A stretch of 64,000 nt of DNA from the human T2T-CHM13v2.0 reference genome, Homo sapiens, in NCBI RefSeq assembly GCF_009914755.1, contig NC_060942.1; one strand, written 5' to 3'. Position numbers and translations under genes: made by a program. Positions 1 through 11,576 of this stretch are shown piece by piece; positions within the stretch are counted from its first letter, which is position 1, and every line of letters starts with the position of its first letter. The notes below the pieces were generated by a model. That model did not search any database and was not told the origin of the DNA. It saw only the letters and a program-made list of their open reading frames with translations.

Positions 1-69
1 TTTCAAGGTATTTTATTGATAATTTTTGCTTCAATGTCCATGAGAATTACTGGTTTATAGTCTGTCTTT

Positions 70-995
70 CTTCCTCATCCTACACAAAAACAACAATGAG
101 GTCAACTATTCAAAAATGAGAATGATGAGCTCTGGAATATTGCTGGAGTGCTGTTAGAAGGCTACAGCAACACAGAGGAGTACAGAGACCAGGGATGGGT
201 GCATATAAAGAAGAAGAAAATATTTGTCTGTATCACCACCTCCCTCGCCGCCAGGCTGGTGCAGTACAGAGACCAGGGATGACTGCATATAAAGGAGAAG
301 AAGGTATTTTGTCTGCATCACCCCACCTCTCCAGGCTGGTGCAGCACCAAGATAAATCCCCTCAGTCAAAAATTCCCCCCTGGATTGAGAAGGGGAGCAG
401 GGAACCTCAGCAGCCTTTGACACAGTGGATCCCAGCCACCATAGCTACTGCCACAGAAGACTCACCTAATCTTCACTGATGTCAAACCAAGCCACTGGCA
501 CTGCCCAGAGCCAGAACCACTGCATTGAACTCATGCTGTTTGGTTCATGGATTATTTTTTTCTGATTTCACTGAATTTGCTATTAATGTTCTCTTGTAGT
601 TTGCTGAACTTCTTTACAACAATTATTTTCAATTATTTGTCTGGAAATCATACAATCCCATTAATTTGGGGTCAGTTACTGGGGAATTATCACATTATTT
701 TGGCAATGTCATGTATCTCTGTTTTTCTTTGTTCCTTATAGCCTTGCTTTCAAAAATGTGACAGAAATCATAAAAAGAACTAATTTCTGGTGTGGAAGAA
801 TACAATGACTAAAATGAAAATTATATAGAGAGCTTCAATGACACATTCGATCAAGCAGAAGAAATACTAAACAAATTCAAAGACAGAATACTTGAAATTA
901 TCCTGACATAGTAGGAAAAATAATAAAAAAGAGTAGAGAATATCTATGGGATTTATGGAACACTATTAAGTGAATTGATGTAAGCATTGTGGAAG
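70..995 (+). mobile_element. Old L1M 5'UTR/ORF1 fragments; ~540-750 locally inverted
   Basis: 750-995 resembles L1M ORF1 (gaagaatacaatgactaaaatgaaaa...agagagcttcaa...aagcagaagaaa). 540-750 resembles the preceding ORF1 segment on the opposite strand. Boundaries approximate. Confidence 0.55.
179..344. repeat. Diverged ~84-bp tandem duplication in L1 5' region
   Basis: agtacagagaccagggatg...ccaggctggtgcag occurs at 179 and again at 263. Confidence 0.8.
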
Positions 996-1790
996 TCTTG
1001 TGTGGCAAAAAGGGAACCCTTGTACACTGTTGATGGGAATGTAAATTAGTACATCCATTACGAGAATCAGAATGAAATTTCCTCAAAAAAATTAAAAAAA
1101 AAACAAAACTTTTTTACCATATGACCCAGCAATCCCATCACTTGGTATATTTAAAGGAAATGAAATCAATATCTAGAAAAGATATCTGCACTGCTACATT
1201 CAGTGCAGCATTATTCACAATACCCAAGATATGTAAACAACCTATGTGTCCATTGAAAGATGCATGGATAAAGAAAAGGGGGTACACATGTGTGTACAAT
1301 TGAGTATTATTCAGCCTTAAAATGAAAGAAAATTCTGCCATTCACAACATGGATGAGCACTGGGACATGCTGAGTGAAATAAGCCAGATACAGAAAGAAA
1401 AACACTGCATAACCTAACATATATATGGAATCTAATAATCAAATAGTCAAATTCATAAAAGTAGAGAGCAAAATGATGGTTGCAAAAAGTGGGAGAAAAT
1501 GGAGAGAAGTTGATTAAAGGGTACAAGCTTTCAGTTGTGTAAGATTAATAAATTCTAGAGATCTGATATACATAATGGTGACTATAGTTAATACTGCGTC
1601 TACACTTGATAATTGCTAAGTAAGTAAATTTTGAATGTTCTCGCCACACAGAGAACAAAAGGTGATTATATGAGGTGATGGATACGCTAATTAGCTTGAC
1701 TGCAGTAATCAATTCTCATTTATATGTATTTGAAAACAGCAAATTATATTTTATAAAACTGTTATTTTAAAATAAAACAAATGTTACTAA
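996..1790 (+). mobile_element. L1MA-type ORF2 end and 3'UTR
   Basis: gggaacccttgtacactgttgatgggaatgtaaattagtaca, ccatatgacccagcaatccca, gaggtgatggatacgctaattagcttga, and an A-rich end. Confidence 0.85.
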
Positions 1791-2884
1791 TTTAAGAAAA
1801 GAAAGAAAATAAGAGCATAATAGTAAATATTCACAGGTTTAAATTCAGATATTGTTTTAAATATAGAATATTAATAATTAGTAAATATGACATAATTATG
1901 ATCATGCCCAGGATATAAGAATACTTAAAATAAAAGAGCAGTCAGTCATTTTTTTCAAAAAGTTCTATATATCTATCATTATAAAGGTAATATATATTTT
2001 ACTAAAGCTATATGCTCCTTTCATTAATGTGTATAACTGATATCATGGTAATAAAAGAAAAATAACTGCTCTGAAACTTAATATTGTATTTTAGCAGTAC
2101 TTCACCTAGGTCATGATCACAAGTGCTAATGTTAACCACCTTGTAGGCAAACATGATTAACCAAAGCATGTGTTTATAGATATTAATTTTCAAATCCCAT
2201 CTTGAGTTGTTGCCATTATCTCAATCTTTTTCCTTCTTACAAATTAGATCTTTGTTTGTGCACAACATCTCATTCAGGAGTAGGAACAGTAATTCTGTAG
2301 CTTTTGGAAAGTTTCTAGTGCTAGCAGTTTTACCCACCAGCTGGCGTGGGCACTGCAAGCTCAAACTACACGCAATCCCAAACACTTACTCCCTTGTTGG
2401 GCCATTCTGTAGAGATAGCTAAAATATAAATATGTCTTTTTCTACCCTTTCTGACAAATGGGGTTTACTTATGTCACATATCTGGATAGGGAGTTGAGGT
2501 CAAGAGGGTCTAGGCACTATCAGGGAGACACACACATGATGACGTCACAGAAATAAAGCCCTGTCATCAGGGAACCTCATAGTCAGTGGCAGTAGAGCCG
2601 TGGCAACATCAGCCCAGCTATGAGCTTCTTAAGATTGAAACCTCTCTTTACTGAAGCTGATATTAATGAGGTCTCCGACTGACCCACCAGCATTATGGAT
2701 TCTTGATGGGGTCAAAAGGTGTTATTTCCATCCCATAGTTGGGTGGTTGGCTGATTTTTAAGAACTAAAATAAAATTAAACAAATAAACAAAAACTTATT
2801 TCCAAAATAGTATTAAATGACAACTGAAAGTGATAATTGTCAAGAACTCAGAACACATCTCAGCAGTTACATAAGACCTTATGA

Positions 2885-2932
<48 letters not shown>
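2885..2932. repeat. (TATC)12 tetranucleotide STR
   Basis: Perfect repeat read directly from the sequence. Confidence 0.97.
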
Positions 2933-3168
2933 ATCTATATTTCCTATTTGTGGATACATAAATTATGTGGAAGAGTATTTCCATGAAGTATATATTTTCA
3001 CTAATGCACTTTTTAAAAACACAAGTATGCATGTAGTGTACAGATGCAGTAGGAAATTCAAATATTGTTTTCTAAATCTACAAGGAAAAGTCTCTCTTTG
3101 CTCTCCCCCAATCACCTAGTTCTCCTCTCCTGAGAAAACCTCTACTATTAATGCTGTTAATGCTTGTG

Positions 3169-3346
3169 GGTTTTTTATGTTGTTGTTGTTTTTCTTTTGA
3201 GATGAAGTATTGCCCATCACCCAGGCTGGAGTGCAGTGGTACAATCTCGGCTCACTGCAACCTCAGCCTCCCTGACTCAAGCGATTCTCATGCCTAAGCC
3301 TCCTGAGCAGCTGGAAGTACAGGTGCATGCCACCATGCCTAGCTAA
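3169..3346 (-). mobile_element. Alu right arm only (5'-truncated or FRAM-like) with TSD
   Basis: cccaggctggagtgcagtgg...gctaat; TSD taatgcttgtg at 3158-3168 and 3347-3357. Confidence 0.9.
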
Positions 3347-4343
3347 TAATGCTTGTGTTTTCCTTCAGAGTTACTGATCTGTTTTTAAAGGTGTGTGTAA
3401 AATATGTTTTGTGTCCATAAAATTTTTAAAAAGCACGCATTTAATAATACACTTGTCTGGTCTACTAACTCTGAAGCCCTGCTACTTTTATTGGTAAGAA
3501 TATGAAAATTGACTATTTCTTGTTCCACTACCTCTTTTTGCCTCCACCTAGTGTTCTGAAGCTTGCATTTGTGAACAACTTGCTATGATTTAGCAACCTA
3601 AGCTTTATCAATTTTATTTTGGGATTCAGAACCTAATGGACTATTCAACCTCCTCTACCTCCCACAAAAATATTTTGAAGTTTGACTTTTCATATAGTTT
3701 TCTGAATGGAGACCTTAGTGATGTTAGAACATTTTTCTTTCTTGGGGCTGATTACTCTTTGCAGCGCTACCCCTACAACCCAAATATCACCCCCCCCCCA
3801 CCACAATTAAAATCACCCTGCTAGTCTTATCTCATTTCTGATATATATTCAAGGAATGTTACATAATACAAATGCATATTAAAGTGAATTAAATTAGATC
3901 ATTAGACAGCGATTTAATATGACTTTTTTGCTTAGATTTATATAAATTATATTTGAACTAAATATCTAAGCTCTAAAGATATGCTGTTTGAGTTATTCAT
4001 CTTTAGCTTCACCTTGGGAAAGCAAAACCAGTTATTAGTCAGTTAATGTAATCATTTTGTGATTAATTTGTAAATTCTTCTAGAGGACAAAGACAGTATA
4101 TTTTTCATTTTGGTATTCTCAGAGACTACTATAAAAGCTGATCCAAGAAAAATAAGGATCAATGGCTTTACCCAACATTTAGCTTAACAACAATGTAGGT
4201 GTTTGCTAGTTAATTAACAGGATATTTTCTGATGTCATCCTATGAAATGCATACCTTAACCAGTTTGTAACAAAATTTTTGGTGGAAATGCCCTGCAATT
4301 TAATTGGATAGAAATGTGTTAATATCTACTTACTATTAACATA

Positions 4344-4344
<1 letters not shown>

Positions 4345-4373
<29 letters not shown>
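4345..4373. repeat. (TG)n microsatellite
   Basis: Read directly. Confidence 0.95.
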
Positions 4374-4376
<3 letters not shown>

Positions 4377-7300
4377 CTGAATGGGTTGTGTAGAAGCAGT
4401 AAAGACCATAAATTGCTATAATTTGGCAAAACCATCTAGTGACTACATTTTCTTAAACACTTGCCTGTATTAATGGGGAGTTCCAGATGTCTGTTGTCTT
4501 AATTCTTCTAGGCCTTAAGGGTAGCCATGCATTTGAGCTGATAGCTTTATGATGAAAATATTCTCTATACATTAGAAGAGGCAAGAACATGAGCTACGAT
4601 CATGCAAAAATCCAATAATACAGTATTTGTATAAAGATTTTACAGAAACGGTCACATTATAAGCTTAGTTATGTTGACATTTAATATCATTGCTAACAGC
4701 AATTTTTTAAAATAAATACTTGTTTAAATACTCAAGTTTTAAATAAATGTTCTAAATGCTCAAGAAAAGTTTGCTTTATAAGTAAATTCTCAGGGACACT
4801 TTTGTATATTTATGACTTAGGACAGAAATAAAACATATTCAAAATTTGCATTTTCTATTTGAAATGAATCTTAGAAAGTATCAGTTGTGTCACTTGATTA
4901 CAGTTACCTCACTAATATTTCTAAAGAGTAGTTAACAGTCATTATTTTCTATGGATGCTATCTATTTACATATGGTTTTTTCTCCTATTGCAAGTTTTAT
5001 TGTGAATCAGCTATACTCGATAAATAGTCTTTGAAAATATAAGCTATAATTTTTATACCTTTGGGTTAAAAAATACACTACAGAGTATAAATTCTCATTG
5101 GAAAAAGTGATGTGGCTGTAACTATATAAAAATTTCAGAGTCTAAAATTTAAATACATAAATTTAAATATATGTTTTGAAAGATACAAAGAAAAAATGAC
5201 ATTCTAGGAATTGAGCATTTGTAGTAAATTTATCTATTTATGCATTCTAAAAATACTATTCAACTGTTGTGAATCCTTAGAAATATTAGAACAGCGTAAT
5301 GAACTTGCTATGTAAGTCACAGAGAACAGAGACATACATTTAATCCAAAAAAAAAAACCCTGAAATAAACAAATAGGTAACGTTTTTGACCAAAAGCAAT
5401 CTTATTGTTTATTAACCATTTTGCGAAGTTCAAATTGTATTGTGGTTTTAAACAGACACTAAGGATATTAAGTTTAGAGGCATTAGCGTTGTCTGCCACC
5501 CTCAAGAAGACCTCTCTATAAGGATTAAGTTCAATCTTTAATATCTTATGATGATGCCTCTGTTTCTAAAATAATAATGCTTTTAAACTAGAGGAATGAG
5601 AGATGATGAACGTATCAGTATGGTGGAAAGATAAATAGATGTAGATTGAGAAAAACAACAAATTAGAGAACCATATTTTCATACATTTAAAATGATCACA
5701 GATTTCTCTAGGATAATAACAAATGCTTCATTATGTGTCTTTAAAAAATACCAACAAGTGAGGACAACCAGTAATAACTATAGACTAGACTTTGTCAATT
5801 ACTTGTTACTTACTTTAGCTTAACAGATATATATAACCTCTGAATAACTTCTTAAGCTGGTTATCTCTGGATAGGAAATTGTTCTTTCCTGCAAAAGAGG
5901 TCACAGAATCCCTGACTCTTGTAATGTTATGAAACACAATTTCAGGATGGTTAAATACATAACTTGTGAAATGTCTATTAACAACAAAAAAAAGTATCTT
6001 AGTGGGAACCATATCAAGAGCTAATGAAGAAAGATTCAGAACCACTATCTAGGCTAACAAATACCCTAACATTTTGAAATATCCTATTGACTGATTTCAC
6101 CTGGATGAAATTATTAAGCACAACTTTAAAATGTCACAAAAGAGAAAGTAATACATCTTCTTTCAGTAACACTCTTTTATTCAGCAGTTTGTTTGTTTTT
6201 TTAAATTTTGAGTTTTTCTTCAAAGGATACATTCTCTTTCCAAGGTATTTTCCCTCTCCCCAAAAATGGCCCTCAACATTTTTATAGTCATTTTCTTTTG
6301 TTTTCCAGTAGCCAGTACCCTCCATCATCAGTATCTTCCCACTTTTAGTGATATTCTCAGTGATATCTGAGAGTAAAGCTTATTTGGTGTTATCTGTGCT
6401 GCAACTGTCCTTGCTCTTTTTTATTCTGTCCAAGTCCTTATTGACTCTCTACTCCCGGTTAGTCTTAGGATATAACTACTTTTCTCAGGTACTTATTTAT
6501 CCACATTGTACTGTTTAGACTAAATTTACATTTGTGAAATGTATATGGCCCAACACTGCTGTAGCTATGGTCAATGTCTTATTTTATGTGCTCTGCTTAT
6601 TGGGCTGTATTTTTCTTAAAGTAGAAAAGATAAAAATATTTGTATAGAACATTATTTTATAGGACTTCACAGTTATTTTGAGTGAGGAAATACATATCTC
6701 AAGTTTTAATTATGCTAAGATGTATAGTATATAGATCAATTATTGACTGTAAATCTTTAAGAATTATCTTAAGATTTATTGAACTATTAAAACAAGAGAC
6801 ATAGGAAAATGGCACAAAAAAAAGAAAAGGGGACTTTACATTACTTTCTCTTTTGTGACATTTTAAAGTTGTGCTTAATCACTTCATCATAGCAACAGTA
6901 CAAGGCGCTCAAACTAAAACCCAAGGAAGTAAACCATTTGCTCTCTAGCCTCTTCCCAAACAGGACTCCCTATTATTTTCAATGAAGAAAAATTCTAAAC
7001 AAAACAGTCAACAAACATACACGAAGCAAATAACCTCAAACAAAAGTTTGAGAATCAAAACTTCACAACAAATAATAAAACTCCAAAAAGAGAAAAGAGC
7101 TATGAAAAGAAAAAAAACAAGAAACATGATATTTTGGCACTAATTACATATAATTAAATAAATGTGTATATAAAAATCATTCATCAGAAATGTAGAAATT
7201 CAGAATATAGACATACAATAGTAAGTACTAAAATAGGAAATATTTATACTCCAAAATTAAATAAAATAATAAATCATACCACCAATAAAAAGTAAATTAC

Positions 7301-8120
7301 AAGATTTCCACATAAGGAAACAGTAAAATTATATAAAATAGAATGAAAAAAGCAGAAAAATATAAGTTGGATAAAAAATAATGTAATAAAAAAGCAGACA
7401 GAGAAGAAGGTTCCAACATATGAATAACTAAAGTCTCTTTAAAAGAAAAACAGTGCAAAAGATCATTAATATTTAAAACTACATTTTAAGGACTATTTCC
7501 AGAAATAAGAGAAAATCAAGCTCTAACACTTGAAAGGGCTCACTGAATTCATGGGAAAATTGTGTGAGAAATACTCTAGTAACGTTTGTAGACTTCAAGT
7601 TTAAGAAATTACATTGGATCTCTAGGAAAAAGTCTATCATTTAAAGAGAGAAGAAACAAATTAATTTGATAGATTATGACAAAAAACAAAGCAAAGCAAC
7701 AGAATATCATTTTGACAGAGTACAAAGCAAGAAATGTAAAAACTAATGTTTTAATAGCCACATCAGATATTTTTCAAGAATCAAGGATATTTTAAAAACC
7801 ATATTAGCATGGAAAGAAGGAGCCAGAGAAGTATGGCTGAATGGAAGCCTCCAGTGATCGTCCCCCCAACAGGAACATCAAATTAAACAACTAACCACAC
7901 ACAAAAAATGCACCTCCATAAGAACCAAAAATCAGGTGAGCAATCACAGTACCTGGTTTTAACTTCATATTGCTGAAAAAGGCACTGAAGAGGTTAGAAT
8001 AAACACCCTTGCATTACCTACACCAGCCCCAACCATCCCTCAGCAGTGGCTGGGTGGCATGGAGAAAGAATCTGTGCACTTGGAGGAGATAGAGTACAGT
8101 GATTGTGAGACTTTGCATTT

Positions 8121-8294
<174 letters not shown>

Positions 8295-8490
8295 ATTTTA
8301 GACTTCGCATTTAAACCCATTGCTGCCCTGTCACAGCAAAAAGTGACACAGGACCAAATCTGGCTAGCACCCAGGACAGCGTAATTAGACTAGCCCGGGG
8401 GCAAATCATCTACCCCAGGAGTCAGAACTTTAGTTTTGGCAAGCCTTACCACCATGGGCTAAAGAACTCTGGGGTCCTAAAGAAACTTGA

Positions 8491-9075
8491 TAGTCTTTCC
8501 TTCAGGAGCTCTTGTAAGACTGGATAAAGAAAATGTGGCACATATACACCATGGAATACTATGCAGCCATAAAAAGAATGAGTTCATGTCCTTTGCAGGG
8601 ACATGGATGAAACTGGAAACCACCATTCTCAGCAAACAAACACAGGAGCAGAAAACCAAACACCACATGTTTTCACTCAAGTGGGAGTTGAACAATGAGA
8701 ACATATGGGCACAGGGAGGGGAACATCACACACTGGGGCCTGTCAGGGGTTGGTGGGCAAGGGGAGGGATAGCATTAGGGGAAATACCTAATGTAGATGA
8801 TGGGTTGATGGGTGCAGCAAAGTACCATGGCACAGGCATGTAACAAACTTGCACGTTCTGCACGTGTATCACAGAACTTAAGTATAATAATAAAAAAGAA
8901 GAAAGAAAGAGAGAGAAAGAGACAGAGAGTGAAAGAAAGAGAGAAAGAAAGAAAGAGAAAGAAAAAGAAAGAAAGAAGAAAGAAAGAAAGAAAGAGAAAG
9001 AAAAAGAAAGAAAGAAGAAAGAAAGAAAGAAAGAGAAAGAAAGAGAAAGAAAGAAAGAAAGAAGAAAGAAAGAAA

Positions 9076-9111
<36 letters not shown>

Positions 9112-9198
9112 GAAAGAAAGAAGGCAGGGAAGGAAGGAGGGAAGGAAGGAAGGAAGGAAGGAAGGAAGGAAGGAAGGAAGGAAGGAAGGACAAAAAAG
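8491..9198 (+). mobile_element. L1PA7/8-like 3' end with a 28-bp inverted ORF1 piece and an expanded GA-rich tail
   Basis: L1PA 3' end at 8517-8895; TSD aaagaaacttga at 8479-8490 and 9199-9210. Confidence 0.92.
8895..9198. repeat. (GAAA)n/(GGAA)n polypurine tract derived from the L1 tail
   Basis: About 300 nt, almost purely A/G; 12 consecutive GGAA units from 9140. Confidence 0.97.
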
Positions 9199-9930
9199 AA
9201 AGAAACTTGAAAGGCAGCCTAGGGCACAAGGACTGCAATTCCCAGGCGAGTCCTTGTACTGTGCTGGGCTAGAAGCCAGTGGACCTGGGGTGCATGGGAC
9301 GTAGTGAGACCCCTGCTGCAGCAGCCACGACAGTGCCTGTGCCACCTCTCCCACAACTCCAGGAAGCACAGCTCGCAGCTCTGGGAAAGGCTTACACCCT
9401 GTGCTTGAAGAGAGAAGAGGGGATAGTAAAGACAACTTTTGTCTTGCCTCCTAGTACCAGTTCAGTCACAGTAGAATAACGCATCAGGCAAACTCCCAAG
9501 GCCCCCATTGCAGGCCCTAGTTCCTGGACACCATTTATAAACACACCGTGGGCCAGAAAGAAAACTGTTACCTTGAAGAGAAGGTCCCAACCCTGATAGA
9601 ATTTATCAACTGCTGACTAAGGAGTCCATAGGTCCTGAATAATCAGCAGTGGTAGCCAGGCAGTACTCCCTGTGGGCCTTAGGTGAGACTCAGAATTGTG
9701 CTGGCTTCAGATGTGACCAAGCACATTCCCAGCTGTGGTGGCTATGGGGAGAGACTCCTTCTGCTTGAGGAAAGGAGAGGAAAGAGTAAAGGAAACTTTG
9801 TCTAGCAGCTTGCATACAAGCTCAGCTACAGTTAGGTAATACGCTAAGCAGCCTCCAGGGGTCTGTGATTCCAGTCTTTGGCTCCTGAATAGCATTTCTG
9901 GACCTACCCTTGGCCAGTGGGGAGCCAAGT

Positions 9931-9972
9931 GCCCTGAATGGAGAGACTCAGGCCCTGAATGGAGAGACTCAG
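9931..9972. repeat. Perfect 21-bp tandem duplication
   Basis: gccctgaatggagagactcag twice. Confidence 0.95.
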
Positions 9973-11013
9973 CAGCATTCGCCACAGCTGACTGAAGAGC
10001 CTTTGGGCCTTAAGTGAACATCAGTGGTAACCGGGTAGTATTTACTGTGGAAATGGAGTGATGGTGGCCATGGGGAGACTCCTCTGCTTGAAGATAGGGG
10101 AGGAAAGAGTGGGGAGTACTTTGTCTTGTAGCTTGGGTGCCAGATCTATCAGTAGAATTAAGCAACAGGTAGACAAGATGTGCCTAACAGGTGTTTGCAA
10201 GAGGTTTCATCCAATGGCTGCAGAATAAATATTCTTCTTAGTACACTGATGATTCTCAAGAATACACCACTGTTAGGGTCCAAAACAAGTATAAAACGTT
10301 CAAAAAATTGAAATAATATCAAGTGTTTTCTCTGAACACAATGGAATAAAACTAGAAATAAATAACAAGAGGAATTTCAGAAACTACATAAACACATAGA
10401 CATTAAACAGTTTGCTTCTCTATGACCAGTGGGTCAATGAAAAAATGAAGAAGAAAATTGAAAATTTTCTTGAAACAAATGATAAGGAAACACAACATAT
10501 CAAAACCTATGGGATACAGTGAAAGCAGTACTGAGAGAATTTTATAACTATGAGCGCCTACATCAAAAATGTGGAAAAACTTCAAATAAATAAACAATGC
10601 ATCTTAAAGAAAAGCAAGAACAAACCAAATCCCAAATTTGTAGACAAAAATAAGTAATGAATGAAATTGAAATGAAAAAAAATACGAAACATCAATGAAA
10701 CAAATAGTTGTTTTTTTTAAGAGAAACAAAATTGAAAAACCTTTAGCTAGACTAACAAAAACTGAGAGAAGACTCAAATAAATAAAATCAGAGTTGAGAA
10801 AAAAAGCAGTACAGCCAATACCACAGATATTCAAACAATCATTAATGGGTACCATGAGCAACATATTTGCCAATAAATTAAAAGACCTAGAAGAAATTGA
10901 CACATTCCTAGGCACTTACAATCTATCAAGATTGGGCATTTACAATCTACCAAGATTGAATCATGAAGAAATTAAAAATATGAACAGACTAATAACAAGT
11001 AACAAGATCAAAG

Positions 11014-11576
11014 CCAGTTTCAATTTTCTGTGTATGGCTAGGCAGTTCTCCCAGTACCATTTATTAAATAGGGAATCCTTTCCCCATTGCTTGTTTTTGT
11101 CAGGTTTGTTGAAGATCAGATGGATGTAGATTTGCAGTCTTATTTCTGAGTTCTCTATTCTGTTCCATTGGTAATTTATAGATTTATAGATTCAATGCTA
11201 TTTCCATTAAACAAGAGAAGTGAAGGACCTCTTCAACGAGAACCACAAACCACCTCTCAAGGAAGCCAGAGAGGTCACAAACAAATGGAAAAACATTCTA
11301 TGTTCATGGATAGGAAGAAACAATATCATAAAAATGACCATACTGCCCAAAGTAATTTATTGATTCAATGCCATTCCCATTAAATTACCATTGACATTTT
11401 TCATAGATTTAGAAGAAACTATTTTAAAATTCATATGGAGCCAAAAAAGCTCATATAGCCAAGACAATCCTAAGCAAAAGGAACAAAGCTGGAGGCATCA
11501 TGCTACTGGACTTCAAACTATACTACAAGGCTACAATAACCAAAACAGCATGGTACTGGTACACAAACAGACACTA
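11014..11576. mobile_element. Rearranged L1PA ORF2 fragment (11014-11172 antisense, 11211-11576 sense), no tail
   Basis: Antisense cccagtaccatttattaaatagggaatcctttccccattgc; sense gtgaaggacctcttcaa...catggtactggtacacaaacagacac. Confidence 0.85.

Noticed and set aside
8726-9435. Long ORFs of 132-185 aa, K/E/R-rich or F/L/S-rich
   Set aside because: They are translations of the stop-free GA microsatellite.
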